From the NCBI RefSeq assembly GCF_009914755.1, contig NC_060939.1: 64,000 nucleotides of DNA; one strand, 5' to 3'. A program made the position numbers and the translations under genes. Numbering within the stretch: the stretch's first letter is position 1; every line of letters starts with the position of its first letter. The stretch is from the human T2T-CHM13v2.0 reference genome, Homo sapiens. This document shows positions 31,328 to 43,633 of the stretch, one piece after another. Below the pieces are notes generated by a model. It ran no database searches. It was given only the letters and a program-made list of their open reading frames with translations, and was not told where the DNA came from.

Positions 31328-34300
31328 TTATCTCCTTCTTCTCGGCAGCCAAGCCCAGCAAAAGCATGGCACACAGCAGTTGCTGCCCAAGCCTGGGTGC
31401 TCCTGGTGGTCCTGCATCTCACCAAGGAGCTGCAGGACTGGCTGTGCAGTAGGGTTGTCCTGGGAAGAACCCTCCCTGGCTTCTCCTTGTGCAGGCTCCA
31501 CGCTGTTGGTGAGGCTCGCCTCACAAAGATCTTTGGAGAGAGAGAGGCGGGGATCTGAGTGGAGTGCTAGCCGCCCCCCGCTCCTGCCTGCTCACCCCGC
31601 CTGGGGGCTCTACTCACCACCATGCTTGTCGGCAGCCCCGAGCTCCTGGGGGGCTGGGGCTCCTGGACTGGGTTCAGCAGCAGGGTTCCGGGCAGCGGCC
31701 AGGAATTTGCCGTGCCCCTCGCTGTAGCTGCCACAAGCCGCAACACCATCTCCTGCAGCTCCAACAGCTTCACCTGAAGGGACGGGTGCTCAGCTGTCAG
31801 GCCGCTGCTGGCGCCCACCCTCATGCCCACCCCACCCACACCCACACCCCCACAGGGATGTTGCACACCCTACCTTCCTCTCCTCCTCGTCCTGGGCCAG
31901 CCTGATGATGGCCTCCTCCCGGTGACGCATCTTTGGCACTGTCCCCTGGCTCTGTTAGAAGGCGATGTACTTTCCTGCGGGAGGACAGGGCTCAGACGCT
32001 GGGGCCCCTCCCATAGCCCTGCAGCTCCCCCTGCCGTGCCCTGGCCTCCCACTCACTGATGGCATCTCTCTCTCCGGTACTGGATGAATCCAAGTTCCAG
32101 TTTCTCCACATGCTCCCTCAGGTCCACCTTCTCCTCCAGGAGGTCCATAAGGCCGCTCTGGAGCCAAAATAATGGGGTCACATCTCAGCGGCGACCTGCC
32201 CCAGCCCTGCCCTTCTTGGCCCATGCTAGGACTCACTCCCCTCCAGCTTCTCCATGACTTCCTGCAGGGCCCGGAGGGTCTCCCCACTCACAGACTCGCC
32301 CCCAGTCCCTGAGGCTGGGACTGCTGCCTCTGGCTCCTTCTCGGCCGAGGTGAGCGTCTCCGTCACCTGGCCCAGCTTCTCCTGCAGCTCCTTTACTTGC
32401 TGCTCCAACTGCAGTGCGCTCTTGTTCTCGTGCTTCTGGACAGAGAGAAGCAATCAGCAGCCACCCACTGCAGCTGGAGACCCCAGAACTTGGTGTCTGC
32501 CTCCCATGGCACTGGGAAGGGTGGAGCCAAGTTAGAAAAATACTCTCCTCTCTCCCACAGCCACCAGAGCAAAGCTCTGGCTCACAGGTGCCTTTGGAAG
32601 TAATATTTCATGTGAGGGCTACATTGCCCCATTTTACAGGTGGGGAAACAAAGGCCTGGAGGGCTAGGGAGGAGGGCAGGCTCCCCAGGTGGGACAACCC
32701 ACCAGCTCCTCCAAGTCGCTCTGTGGCTCGGCCAGCTGCTGAAGCCTCTTCTCCTGTTCCCGAAGCCTCTCCTGCTGCTCCTGAAGCCTCTCCTCCTGCT
32801 CGCGAAGCCTCTCCTTTTGCCCACGGTTCAGGAGACTGATGCACTGATTGTTTTCCACCTGAGCCTGGAGCTCTCCTGCCACTCTCTCCAGCTCCTTCCT
32901 CAGGTCTTGCAGCTCCACCTCAGAGGACACTGCTGGGGCATCCGGGGGCAGTGGCTCAGCTGAGAAAGGAAGCAGATCATAAGGGCCTCTGGATTCTCAA
33001 AACAAAAATCAAAACAGAAAAAACAACAAAACACCCTCCTGTTGGCGCACAGCTCCTCTCAGGCTCCCAAACTTGGCCTCACTGCTAACGATCCCTCGCA
33101 CCCGGATGGTAGCCAGTCTTCCAAACCACTTTCAGACAGAGAGCACTGCGGGTGGCTGACAACGGGCCCTCTTTGCTCATGGGGACACTGAGGCTCAGGG
33201 AGATGACAAGACTTGTCTCCTGGCACAGACCTCTTACCCTCTGCCTCAAAGCCCTGCCATCCACCCACCTCCCTGGGGCATTCTAAGCCACCCCCACAGC
33301 CCTCTGATGCCAGTCCTGCTCCCAGGTCATGCCAGCCCCATCTTACCCATCTGGTTTTTGAGTCTGGACAAGCTCCTCTCCAGCTCCTCTACCCGATGCG
33401 TATCATGCTTCTTCTCCTCCTTCAATGTGCAAACCTGCCCAAAGCACAGGGGGAAAGGGCCCTGGAGAGAGGGGCTGGTGGCTGGACAGGCTCCCATCTC
33501 CCTCTCTGCCCCCACCTCCACAAAGCCCAGACCCAGGACCACCTCTGGCTGCACTATTCCCATTTTAAAGAGGCCCAGAAAGATCCAGTGACCTATCTTA
33601 AGTTGTTGGGGGGGGGTTTGTGGGGCGGGAGGCTGAAGGGTCAGATCTCACCTCCTGCGACATTTTCCTCATCCTCTGCTGCCACTGGGCCCTCTCTCCT
33701 TTTATTTGTTCAGCATATTGATCTCTCTCCAGCTGGACTTCTTTAAGCGACTCCTTCAACTGCAAGAATGGCCACACAAGTTAGGAAGGGCCGTCACTGG
33801 TCCTCACCTGCTCCTGGCCACCTGGGGTCATCTTCCTTCCACATCCCTCCCTCTGCAAAACCTCACCTGTGTCACGTGTCCTTTCAGCAGTATCTGCTCC
33901 CGTATGGACTGCTCTAACTGCCGCTTGAGAAGTGCTTTACTGCGGCTCGAGAACTGGATGGTGAAGAGTGAGAAGTTTCGATCTGGGGAGCCTGGGCCAT
34001 TCCACACAGTGCCCCTTAAAAGGGCTAGGGCTAGGCTCAATATACAACTCGGTCAGTAAAGATCAAGGCATTTCCAAGCCCGTGGTCTGGTTTTGAAAAA
34101 AACTCAGTGAAGTTGGAAGGGACAAGGAGAGAGATCAGATAATATTGCTATTGTTATTACTCCCACTGTTTGAACCTTTGTGGAGTGCTTCAGCAGGTAC
34201 CTTGCTAGCAATCCCATTTAATCCTCGCAACCACCAGAGGAGACAGTTACTATGATGCCCTCTCTTGGGTAGATGAAAAAACATGGAGTGTTTGAGGTTA

Positions 34301-37300
34301 AGTGCTTGCCTAAGATCACTTAGGCAGAGCTAGGATTTGAACACCCAGGTCTATCAGATTCTCTAAGCCCATTTTTCTGCTGGGGGTGGGGGCACGGTTA
34401 GGAAGGGGAAAATTAATCTTTTGTTCACTTTTTGAAAAGATGATACATTCACATAGTCCAAAACTCGGAAGGTATCAAAGGGAAGTATCTCCCAGCCACC
34501 CTGCTGCTCTCTCCTGAGTTGTTTACGAACACTTGCAGACATGTTTTATGTATATTATCATACTATGTACACACACACACACACACACACGTTTCCTCTC
34601 TCTACAGAAATGGGAACATACTAAAGGTACCCTTCTGTACCTTCACAGTACAAGTACCCAATACCCCACACCCCACCTAGGACTTGGCCAAGACCACAGC
34701 CAGGTAAGGGCAGGGCAGGCACTTGGCCTCCAAGCTCTGCATCCAGTGCTCGCTCCCCACCGCGCCCCCCAACTCACCCACAGCAGCTGACTCAGCCTCA
34801 GGCTGCCTCTAACAACCATACACAAAAGCAGTGAGAAATGGCCATGCTGCCTTCTGGGCAGGACACTCCATCCTGCAGAAGGGACCTTTAGGCTCACTCC
34901 TCCATCTGTGAAGCCGGGCTCCCAGGGGACAGGGCAGGTGACTGGACTCACCCCATCCGGCTTCTTCTTCTGTGTGGCGGCGACAGCACAGAGAGACCAC
35001 TCTAACTCTCCTATACGCTGCGATGAACGTTGCAGGCGGCCGGCCAGATCCTTGGACTCTTCTGTAATGACAGAGTTGACATGGGGCTCAAAGGACTCCG
35101 CCTTACAGACCTGTCAAAGTGCCAGGTTGAAGGATGACAGGGTGCCCAGATTCCCACCTTCAAAGTATCTGAGAGAATGTTTCATGTGATACAGGTCCGT
35201 ATTTAGTTTCTTTTTCTCTGTGTTCAATCTCTGGATTTGACCCTTTGGGAGAAAAGCCAAGCAAGTGCTGAAATAGAAGGAAAGAAACATTCTCCGGAGG
35301 ACAGGAGGAAACTTCACACCCTCCACTCACCTCTAGCTCCCTTTCAGCTTTCTGTTTCTCATTGTTTGCTTTCTTTTCCTATAGGAAGAGGAAGACAGAG
35401 CTCTTACCAGGGGGAGGCAGAGAAGGCACAGCAAGAGATATGCCCCCAGAATGCCACCAATGCCCCAGGACAGGCCCACCCATGGGACCAGGTTATCAGG
35501 GACCCTGTGGGGATGGGGTGGAATCTGAGGGGTGAGCCTCCTTCCCCAGGCTGGGAGTGGGTGAGACGAGACTGGGGCCTCTACATCTGAGTGTCCCCCA
35601 AACCCAGCAGTCATGTCGCCAGCAAACAAAGAAATCACGTTACTTCTTCCAGCTGATGTTCCACTTGTTTCTTCTGTTGTTTCTGTGGGGAGAGTCAAAT
35701 TAAAGTGATGGAGGGTGGCCCCCTCAACTCTATTCCCCAGACAGGAAGCGGCAGGCAGGGGCCAGGAATGGATTTTAAAGGCAAAGTTCTCAGACCCAAT
35801 GGGAACAGGAACTGTTCCCAAGCTCCCAAGGACAGAGGATTTGGGTCTTTGTTGGTTTTCAGCCACAGCCTCACAACTCAAAGTCTGAATCAGGAATCTC
35901 TTGAGAGGACAGTAACATAAACCTCTAGAGATGGAGTTTGAGAAAGGCTCCCCCTTCTGCCAGCTTGTGATTTAGAAAAGTGTGTTCATTCAATAGACAT
36001 TTACTGAGCACGTACGGGCCAGGGATGGTTCTTCACAGCCGATATAGGATGGAAAAGAACAGACAAGAGCCCTTGGCCCTGAGCTTTCCATTCTAGGGGG
36101 CCTTTAAATCTCAGACTCTCAGAGCTAACACAGACCTTTGATACTCACTACCTCCTCTGGAAACACGAGCCCAAAAAGGAGAGGTGGCTTGTCCAGAATC
36201 AAAGAGCAAATTAGGGACTGAGTCATGGCAGAAATACGGGGCCCCTGACAACCAGTCAGGCCAGCACTTCCCCAAGAGGCAACAACCCCAGGGCGTGTGT
36301 AGCAAGGACTCGAGTAGGGGTGCCTGGAGAGGAGAGAGTCGGCAAAGAGGGCAGCAAAAGAAGAGCCATGCTGCATGCTCTGGGGTCCCGCCAGGTGAGG
36401 CCTGGGCGCCCCAGCTCCCTATCTGCCCTTGGCACCAGGGGCCCCCAGCCCCCTTCTTCAGGGCCCCAAGAGGAAACCGGAGCCCAGGATTGGCAGCGTG
36501 GAATCAGGGGACCCCACTGGACTCTTACCAAAGATTTGATGGTGTCATTCAGTCGACTGATTTTTATGGACCTCGAGTTCAGGACTGCTGCTTGTTCTTG
36601 GCACGGGCTCTGACGCGCATGCAGAGAGGAGGAGGCGGAGGAGGACTTGGGGGAGAGGTAGAGAGAACGATCATTAGGGCTGGGTTGTGTGTGGGCTGTC
36701 TCAGCTGGCAGAGGGGCACCCAGTCCCCGCTGCGGGAGGAGGTTGGAGGGCTGGCCTGCGGGGTCACTGCACCTCCGCCCAGAGCCTCCTACCTCCAGAT
36801 CCTTCAGGGTAGCAGATGATGTAGGGCCCTCCCCGTGGATACCTGTTGCTGACTATAAGAGATGAGACTGCACATGGAGATGTTCTGTCCCCCTCAGTGT
36901 CTGAGCCCTCCGACTTCCTTTCTTCCCCATCAACTGGCAACATTTTCTTTTCTGCCTATCTTGGACCCTTTGTCCCATAACTCCTTTGTGCCAACTTCTC
37001 TCACGGTTCTTATCTCCCCACCATCCCACCCTGGGGGCCTTGCAGTGACTCCTGATGGGAAGTGGCTGTTCTCATTGTCCTGGCTTCCCCTTGAGACTGG
37101 GGATGAGGAAAATCAAACAGCAAAGACCATATCCTGGGTGTCCTGGGTGTTGACAGCAGGCCATGTACTAGGGATTAACATAAAATCGACAATTATCAAT
37201 CTCATTGAAACTTCACAAATACAAGTCAAACAATACCACCTCTATCATACAGACGTGAAAACAGAGGCCCAAAGAGCTCAAGCAACTTGCCCTAAATCAT

Positions 37301-39600
37301 ATCCCTAGCAGACGGAGAGGCAGGATTCAAACCCAGAATTCTTTTCTTTTTTGAAACGGAGTCTCTCTCTGCCTTCCAGGCTGGAGTGCAGTGGCGTGAT
37401 CTTGGCTCACTGCAAGCTCCGCCTCCTAGGTTCACGCCATTCTCCTCCCTCAGACTCCGGAGCAGCTGGGACTGCAGGCGCCCGCCACCACGCCCGGCTT
37501 TTTTTTTTGTATTTTTTAGTATTTCACCGTGTTTGCCTGGATGGTCTCGATCTCCTGACCTTGTGATCCACCTGCCTCGGTCTCCCGAAGTGTGGGGATT
37601 ACAGGCGTGAGCCACTGTGCCCGGCCAAATCCAGAATCCTTCACCAGTACCCAACAGTCCATCCACAATCTTAACGATTGCCCTCTACTGCTCCTTGGGC
37701 CCCCTGTCCCCAAAAGCCTGTCCAGGCAAGACTCACAGCCTCAGATGAGTGGCAACCACCAGAAGCGGCCGTCTCAGGGCTACTGCCATTTGCTTTCGTG
37801 TTCCTCTTCGCTGCTGCTGGAACACCAGGGCGGTTTCTCTGCCAATATTCTTTGAACTGTGGGAAAGAAGAGCAGTAATACTCATGAGAACTATCAGCCC
37901 CTACAGCCACATCCTCCTTTATAGTTTTTATAAAATACTCTTATATACCATCTGATTTAATGACACCAACAACTCTATAAGGTGTCACAATCATTTAGGG
38001 ACTGAGAGGGATCGACATCATGGCTAGAAAAAAAGAAAAAAGAAAAAGAAAAAGGCGATACTGGAACTTGGAAACTCAGTCTTCCCACTCTAAGCTCTGG
38101 GGTTTTGCCAGGCACCAAACCCAGAGGCAGAGGTAGAAAAGTAAACATTAAGTAGGCAGGAGCTGTACGTCATGTGGTTTAGAGTCGTACATCTTCACAC
38201 GTCTGTTATTGGGAAGAAGTGCACCAGTACCTCTCAAACTTTTATATCAATGTGTCCTCATGGCAGAAGGCAGCCTTTCTGTGAAATCTGGGAATTTATC
38301 AGAAAGAGGACAACCCAAGCCTCATTTCAGAGAGAAGTCTGGTATACTCTTAGAAACCTATGGGACTGCCATCCCTAAGTACATTCATGTTTTTTCTCTT
38401 ATCTCAAGATATCTCAAGAGAATCAAAGGAAACTGATGCTTCAGAAAGATGTCCCACATTTATCCTGTGGTACTCAAAGCACCCCAGCTTGAGATAATAT
38501 GAGGAAGATTCAAACTGTCGAGTTCAGTCTCCCAAGATCTATTCCACAGAAGATGAGGAAATCTCACTTCAGAGACCACTGACTGAAGGTCCCAGACTGA
38601 AGTCTGGTCCCAGAACCATGGAGAATTAGAATATGAGGTGGAGAACTCGGAAAAAAATGTTAAAATCTCTTTGGAAAGTAGAAGCTTGGGAGAAAACCAA
38701 ACCAAACCCATTCTCCCATCGCCACCCAGAGACACTGTCAACGTTTTGAGCTCACGGGGGAAGTGTAGGCTTTTCCCACTGTCAATGTCTATGGTAAGGG
38801 AGTAAGGCAGCCTGAAACCTCTTGCTCCCAGGTCCCATAGTCTCCATTCCCCTTCCAGCTGGAAATTTCTGCTGTGACCAGAAGAACCAGAAACGGGGTG
38901 ACAACGTTTAGGGGACTGGGTCATAAGACCAGGGCCAGTCTTCCAGTAATGACAGTTAGTAGACAGACTGTGACATCACTACATTCCACTCCTCCTAGTG
39001 CGGGGGAGGGACCACATCAGCGCGATGTCCGAGTCTCCACTCCACAACGCGGGAGGGAAACACAGGGTTGTGACCCAAGTCCTTGGAGACGCCAGCACAA
39101 AGAGCTCAGGGAGGTCGACCTTGAGGCAGCAGGAGGGGAGGGCAGAGTCTGCAGCAGGGAGCCCCAGGAGTCTCCAGCCCAAAGTCACCCAGGGACAACT
39201 GGCGAGGGCGGGGCCTGGGGCTGGGGGGCCCAGGTCCTTGGATATGCGAGCCCAAAGAGCCCAGGGAGGTCCAACTTGGGGCGGCAAGAGGTGAGGGCCC
39301 AGTAATGGAGTGGGGCGCCCCAGGAGTCACCCGCCCAACGTCACCCCAGGGTGATCGGCGAGGGCAGGGACTGAGCTGTTTGCTGAAGGGGCAGGGCTGA
39401 CTGACAAGACTTTTGTAGGGGGAGCCCAGAAGCGCCGGGGTTGGGGGGCAAAGTCCGGTGTGCGTCAGGAGTAGTATGGACTGTGGCAGCGGTCTTGTCG
39501 TCGGAGGGGATCTGTGGCTGGGTTAGCGGGCCATGACCCGGTACGTCTTTACCTTTTTCTTGGCTGCAGCTAATTTACTCTGTCCAGTTTCTTCTGCCAT
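31328..39600 (-). CDS. GOLGA8B: Golgin A8 family protein (golgin-67, GOLGA8A/B type), ~611 aa, ORF intact. Coding exons: 39553-39600, 37737-37856, 36793-36852, 36529-36609, 35644-35682, 35331-35378, 35158-35242, 34952-35061, 33867-33953, 33652-33759, 33347-33434, 32703-32959, 32292-32435, 32057-32157, 31874-31974, 31618-31773, 31328-31530
   Basis: Spliced translation [50 protein letters not shown]…[17 protein letters not shown] matches recalled GOLGA8A/B. All introns are GT-AG and exon lengths sum to 1836 nt in frame. B rather than A is inferred only from the FSCN1P1/DNM1P neighbourhood. Confidence 0.9.
31975..32056 (-). ncRNA. MIR1233: miR-1233 mirtron (82-nt intron)
   Basis: Intron GTGAGTGGGAGGCCAGGGCACGGCAGG…TGAGCCCTGTCCTCCCGCAG matches the recalled hsa-mir-1233 precursor; G-rich 5' arm pairs with C-rich 3' arm. 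Confidence 0.9.
37341..37627 (-). mobile_element. Alu (AluY-like) in golgin intron 2
   Basis: Antisense Alu with TSD-like AAA(C/T)CCAGAAT. Confidence 0.95.
39074..39385. repeat. Diverged ~157-bp tandem duplication in golgin intron 1
   Basis: GTCCTTGGA…CAAAGAGC.CAGGGAGGTC…GCCCCAGGAGTC…GTCACCC…GGCGAGGGC occurs twice. Confidence 0.7.
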
Positions 39601-39930
39601 TGTGGGGTGGGGAGGGAGGCGGGGCTGGGGCCACGTCAGCCAAATCCCAGCGAGCGCTGATCAACACGTCCAGTCACCTGGAAGACAGCTGCGTAACTGA
39701 CCCAGAGGCAGCGTAACCAGGGCCACAGTAGAATGCAGAATAGGGGCGTGGCCTTAATGCTTCAAGCCCATTGGTCAACGAGAAAGATGACAGGGAAAGG
39801 GGGCGTGGCCAGGCGGCAGTGTGTCCAGAGGGACCTGTGGCTCATCAGGAAAGCTGCCCATGCAACCGCTGTCCCCACCCACTCTGAGAGAGGGGAGGGG
39901 CCGCCCGCTCTGGGAGAGTGGAGGGGCTGG
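39601..39930 (-). promoter_or_regulatory. Golgin proximal promoter / 5' UTR
   Basis: GC-rich; two GGGGCGTGGC (Sp/KLF) boxes at ~39742 and ~39800; CCAAT on the - strand at ~39770. Confidence 0.55.
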
Positions 39931-40331
39931 CTTTTGCTTTAAAACCCTTAAAACTTTAAAAATCATATGTGTGTATACTTTATATATATGTGTGTGTCTC
40001 TCTGTGTGTATCTATGTGTTCCTCCAGAGCTGTCTTCATTAACCAGCTTCTATGCAAGGTCTGTCATTTTGGCCTATATTTTTCATCTTCAAATACTGTA
40101 TAAAAATTACCAGTATTACCTGAACTGAGATACAGATCCTATAAAAGTGGGAAATCCACAGCATGCTTGATGATTAATGAAGCAGACTATATTATCCAAC
40201 ATTCCAATGAGATAAAATAATCAAAATGATTTCTTTTTTGGAAAAATGTTTCTCTTATTCTCCTACATTGTTGCTGTTTTTTCTTTTTAAACAGGAAACA
40301 TGGTTAATATCCGTAAAAACACAAAGCTTTT

Positions 40332-40438
40332 GGGCTGGGTGCGGTGGCTCACACCTGTAATCCCAGCACTTTGGGGAGCCCGAGTCTGGTGGATCACCTG
40401 AGGTCAGGTAGTGGAAGTGTGAGCCATCACACCCGGCC
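40332..40438. mobile_element. Two Alu 5'-end fragments in inverted orientation
   Basis: + strand Alu head 40332-40408 fused via ~10 nt to a - strand Alu head ~40418-40438. Confidence 0.8.
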
Positions 40439-41054
40439 GGCTTCATTTCAGAACTCTTTCCCCAGCACTCCATATACTATGAATAATTCCTTTCTTCTTC
40501 TTTGGATAGCATTTTAGTCATATCTCTATTACCCCACTTGTCACATGATAATCAGTGGCTCACCCATCCATCTCCCTTGATTGCTCATGAGCTCCTTGAG
40601 AAGAGTCTGATTTTCAGCACCTTGAACAGTGTGCCACACATACATGCTTCATACGCAGAGAAGGAAATGATTTCACTACAGTGTAATTATTCCCAGAATT
40701 CAATATCTGTATTTCTAAATTGTTCTAGATACTCTGCCAACAACCTGAGAATGTTATGTTTTTTCCCCAAAACTTCCATCCATTATTGTGTGTCTATGGT
40801 CATAGTTAACTCAATTGTGACGTCACCTTTGGACAAGCCCATTAACAGTTTCTTTTTTTTTAGGTGATTTTTAATTTTAATTTTTGATTTTGATTGTTTC
40901 TTTTCTGTTTTTTAAATCTAGCAGTGTTTGGTAAACTTCAACATCTCTATATCCCCGTGTCTTTGCCCCGCTGGTCTCTGCTTGGAATAATGTCTCAAGG
41001 TTTTAGTCACCTGGAAAAAATTTCTACTCACCCTTAAAGAATCAGAAATAAATA

Positions 41055-41405
<351 letters not shown>

Positions 41406-42331
41406 CTATTCTTTCAGGAAGTGTTGAAAATTCCTCAACTTTTGAAACATTTGTGCCTCTATTACTGTGTATCAGGCAGTGAACTGAGTGCCCAGGATAG
41501 AAAGATGAAACTGTAGATCCTGCCCTTACGGAGCTCATGGTCTAGTATGGAAAACAGCCATATGAACAAATAACCACACTATAGGTCTTCAGAGCTCAAG
41601 TCCTATCCTAAATACTGTGAAATTAATGTTCTGTGAGGTTTTGAAAGTACTAGGGCCAGAGACAATATGGCTGCTTGGATGACTTTCCATCCAAGTTAAC
41701 ATTCGGCCCTCATCACAAAGGGAATACATGCGTGCATCTTCCTTGCAACCCACCAGTGCCTAACACATCATATCACCACTTTTGAAATCAGGAAACAGGC
41801 TCAGAAGTCCAAGAGCTTGACCAAAGTAACTCAGCTGGTAGGTAGCAGAGCCAGGTCAGTATGATTCTTCTTCAATATCCTGCCAGCCACATGGGCAAGT
41901 GGCCTCAAAATCAACAAAAGACAAGTAGAGGTTGACATGCATCAATGGAGAGAGGCTCAAAAGGAGGATTTTATACACAAGAATACAACAGAAATGTTCT
42001 GGAAGTATCTCTGTGGATGTGAAGCAGGAGGGGGCACACCAGGTTTCACCTTGGTCAAGTGAATCTATAATTCCAACCTGGGCCTCGCCGCCCCCCACCC
42101 CCCCGAGCTCCAGACTTAGCTATCTGTCTTTCTTACTCTAATATAAAATCCACAGGGCAGGACCTTAATCTCTAGCTTGTTCACACAGATTAAAGCAGAG
42201 TCTGGCTTATAATAAGGACTTAATAAATACATGAATGAATAAATAAACTATCAAAGAAGCTAAAGAAACATTCCACATTCTTGCGGGAAGGGATTACCAT
42301 GAAACAGACCCTAGCAGTCACTTACAAATAC

Positions 42332-42878
42332 AGTTGACCCTCATCATTGGAGTATCCCATATTTTCAAATTAGCTTACTTGCTAAAATGTCTTTCTAAGT
42401 CCCAAATTAATACTTGTGGCACTTTCAAGGTGGCTCCTGGATAGACATGCAGTAGTGAAAACTCTGTCACTCTTTGCACACGTCCCAAGCTAAGGTCAAA
42501 CAGTGACCTTGGTCTGCTTGTTTCAACTCTCATACAAAGATGACCTGAGGACAGAGACAGTAGAGGACACTGCAGGGTAGCGCAAGAAGCTGTGGCTCTG
42601 GGGCCAGTTGGGCGGGGTCTGAATCATAACACTGGCACCTGTTAGTGGAGTGGCCTCAGACAAATCACTTACAATTCTGTACTTCCGTTATTCTTTTGGA
42701 AAGAAAGAAAATTCAATCTACCAGGATGAGTTGTTTTTAGGAATTAAGATGATAACCTATATGACATATGTATTTATGTACATATTTACCCTGGAAACAA
42801 GGGTTTGCTATTTGATTAATTCAGTGTTCCAGGCAACTTTGTAGAATATTACTCCTGCAAATAGTAAGAATTGGCTGT
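42332..42878. mobile_element. TcMar-Tigger non-autonomous DNA transposon (MER47/Tigger5-like)
   Basis: Imperfect terminal inverted repeats CAGTTGACCCTCATCATTG… and …CAAATAGTAAGAATTGGCTG, flanked by TA on both sides. Confidence 0.65.
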
Positions 42879-43517
42879 AATTAAAGAAATAACAGAGATG
42901 TAGACAAAACAATTATTTGGGTGAGCTACAGGCAGTCTTCAAGAAGCTTCTGAAGAAACAGAACTTCAGCAGGCACTTAAGCTGTAGAAAAGGCTTGCAA
43001 GGAGATAGAACAGCATCTACAGAGAGAGGTCCAGGTAGGGTCAGGAAATGGCATTTCAGGAAGTCTAGAGCAGTAGAAGATGAGGCCAGAACACGGCGCC
43101 ACAGTGCTGCTCTGCACCCTCTATACACCCTGTACTGCAGAACCTCACTCTCTGCATTTAGTTCTTGGTTTCTAATTCTCTCTTCCATTAAACTGTGAGC
43201 CCCTCAAGGTCAAGGTCTCTAAGAAGAAACCATAGCTACAGTCCTCTAAATTTGAAAACAAGTTATTAAACACAGATACACCCAAGAAGACCGTACAAAA
43301 ATAATGTTGGATTTCAATTGCAGTCATAGAAATTCACAACTGGTATACATTTGCAATCTGTCCAGGATTTTTCTCTGATGACTGCCGTAACTCTGTCATA
43401 AACCCTTTTCATTATTTGAGACACCGAGACATTTGTTAGAATGTTTGGGAAAGACATTCTAAAAGGGCAAGAAAGACCTTGATCTTTTTTGTGTAACTGA
43501 TTGACTGGTTGACTGAC

Positions 43518-43633
43518 TGAGATGGGATCTCATTATGTAGCCCAGGCTGGTCTGAAACCCCTAGGTTCAAGCGATACTCCTGCCTCAGCCTCTCTAGTGG
43601 CTGAGATTACAGGCGCACGCCACCATGCTGGGC
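43518..43633 (-). mobile_element. Alu monomer (FLAM-like)
   Basis: Single antisense Alu arm. Confidence 0.8.
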
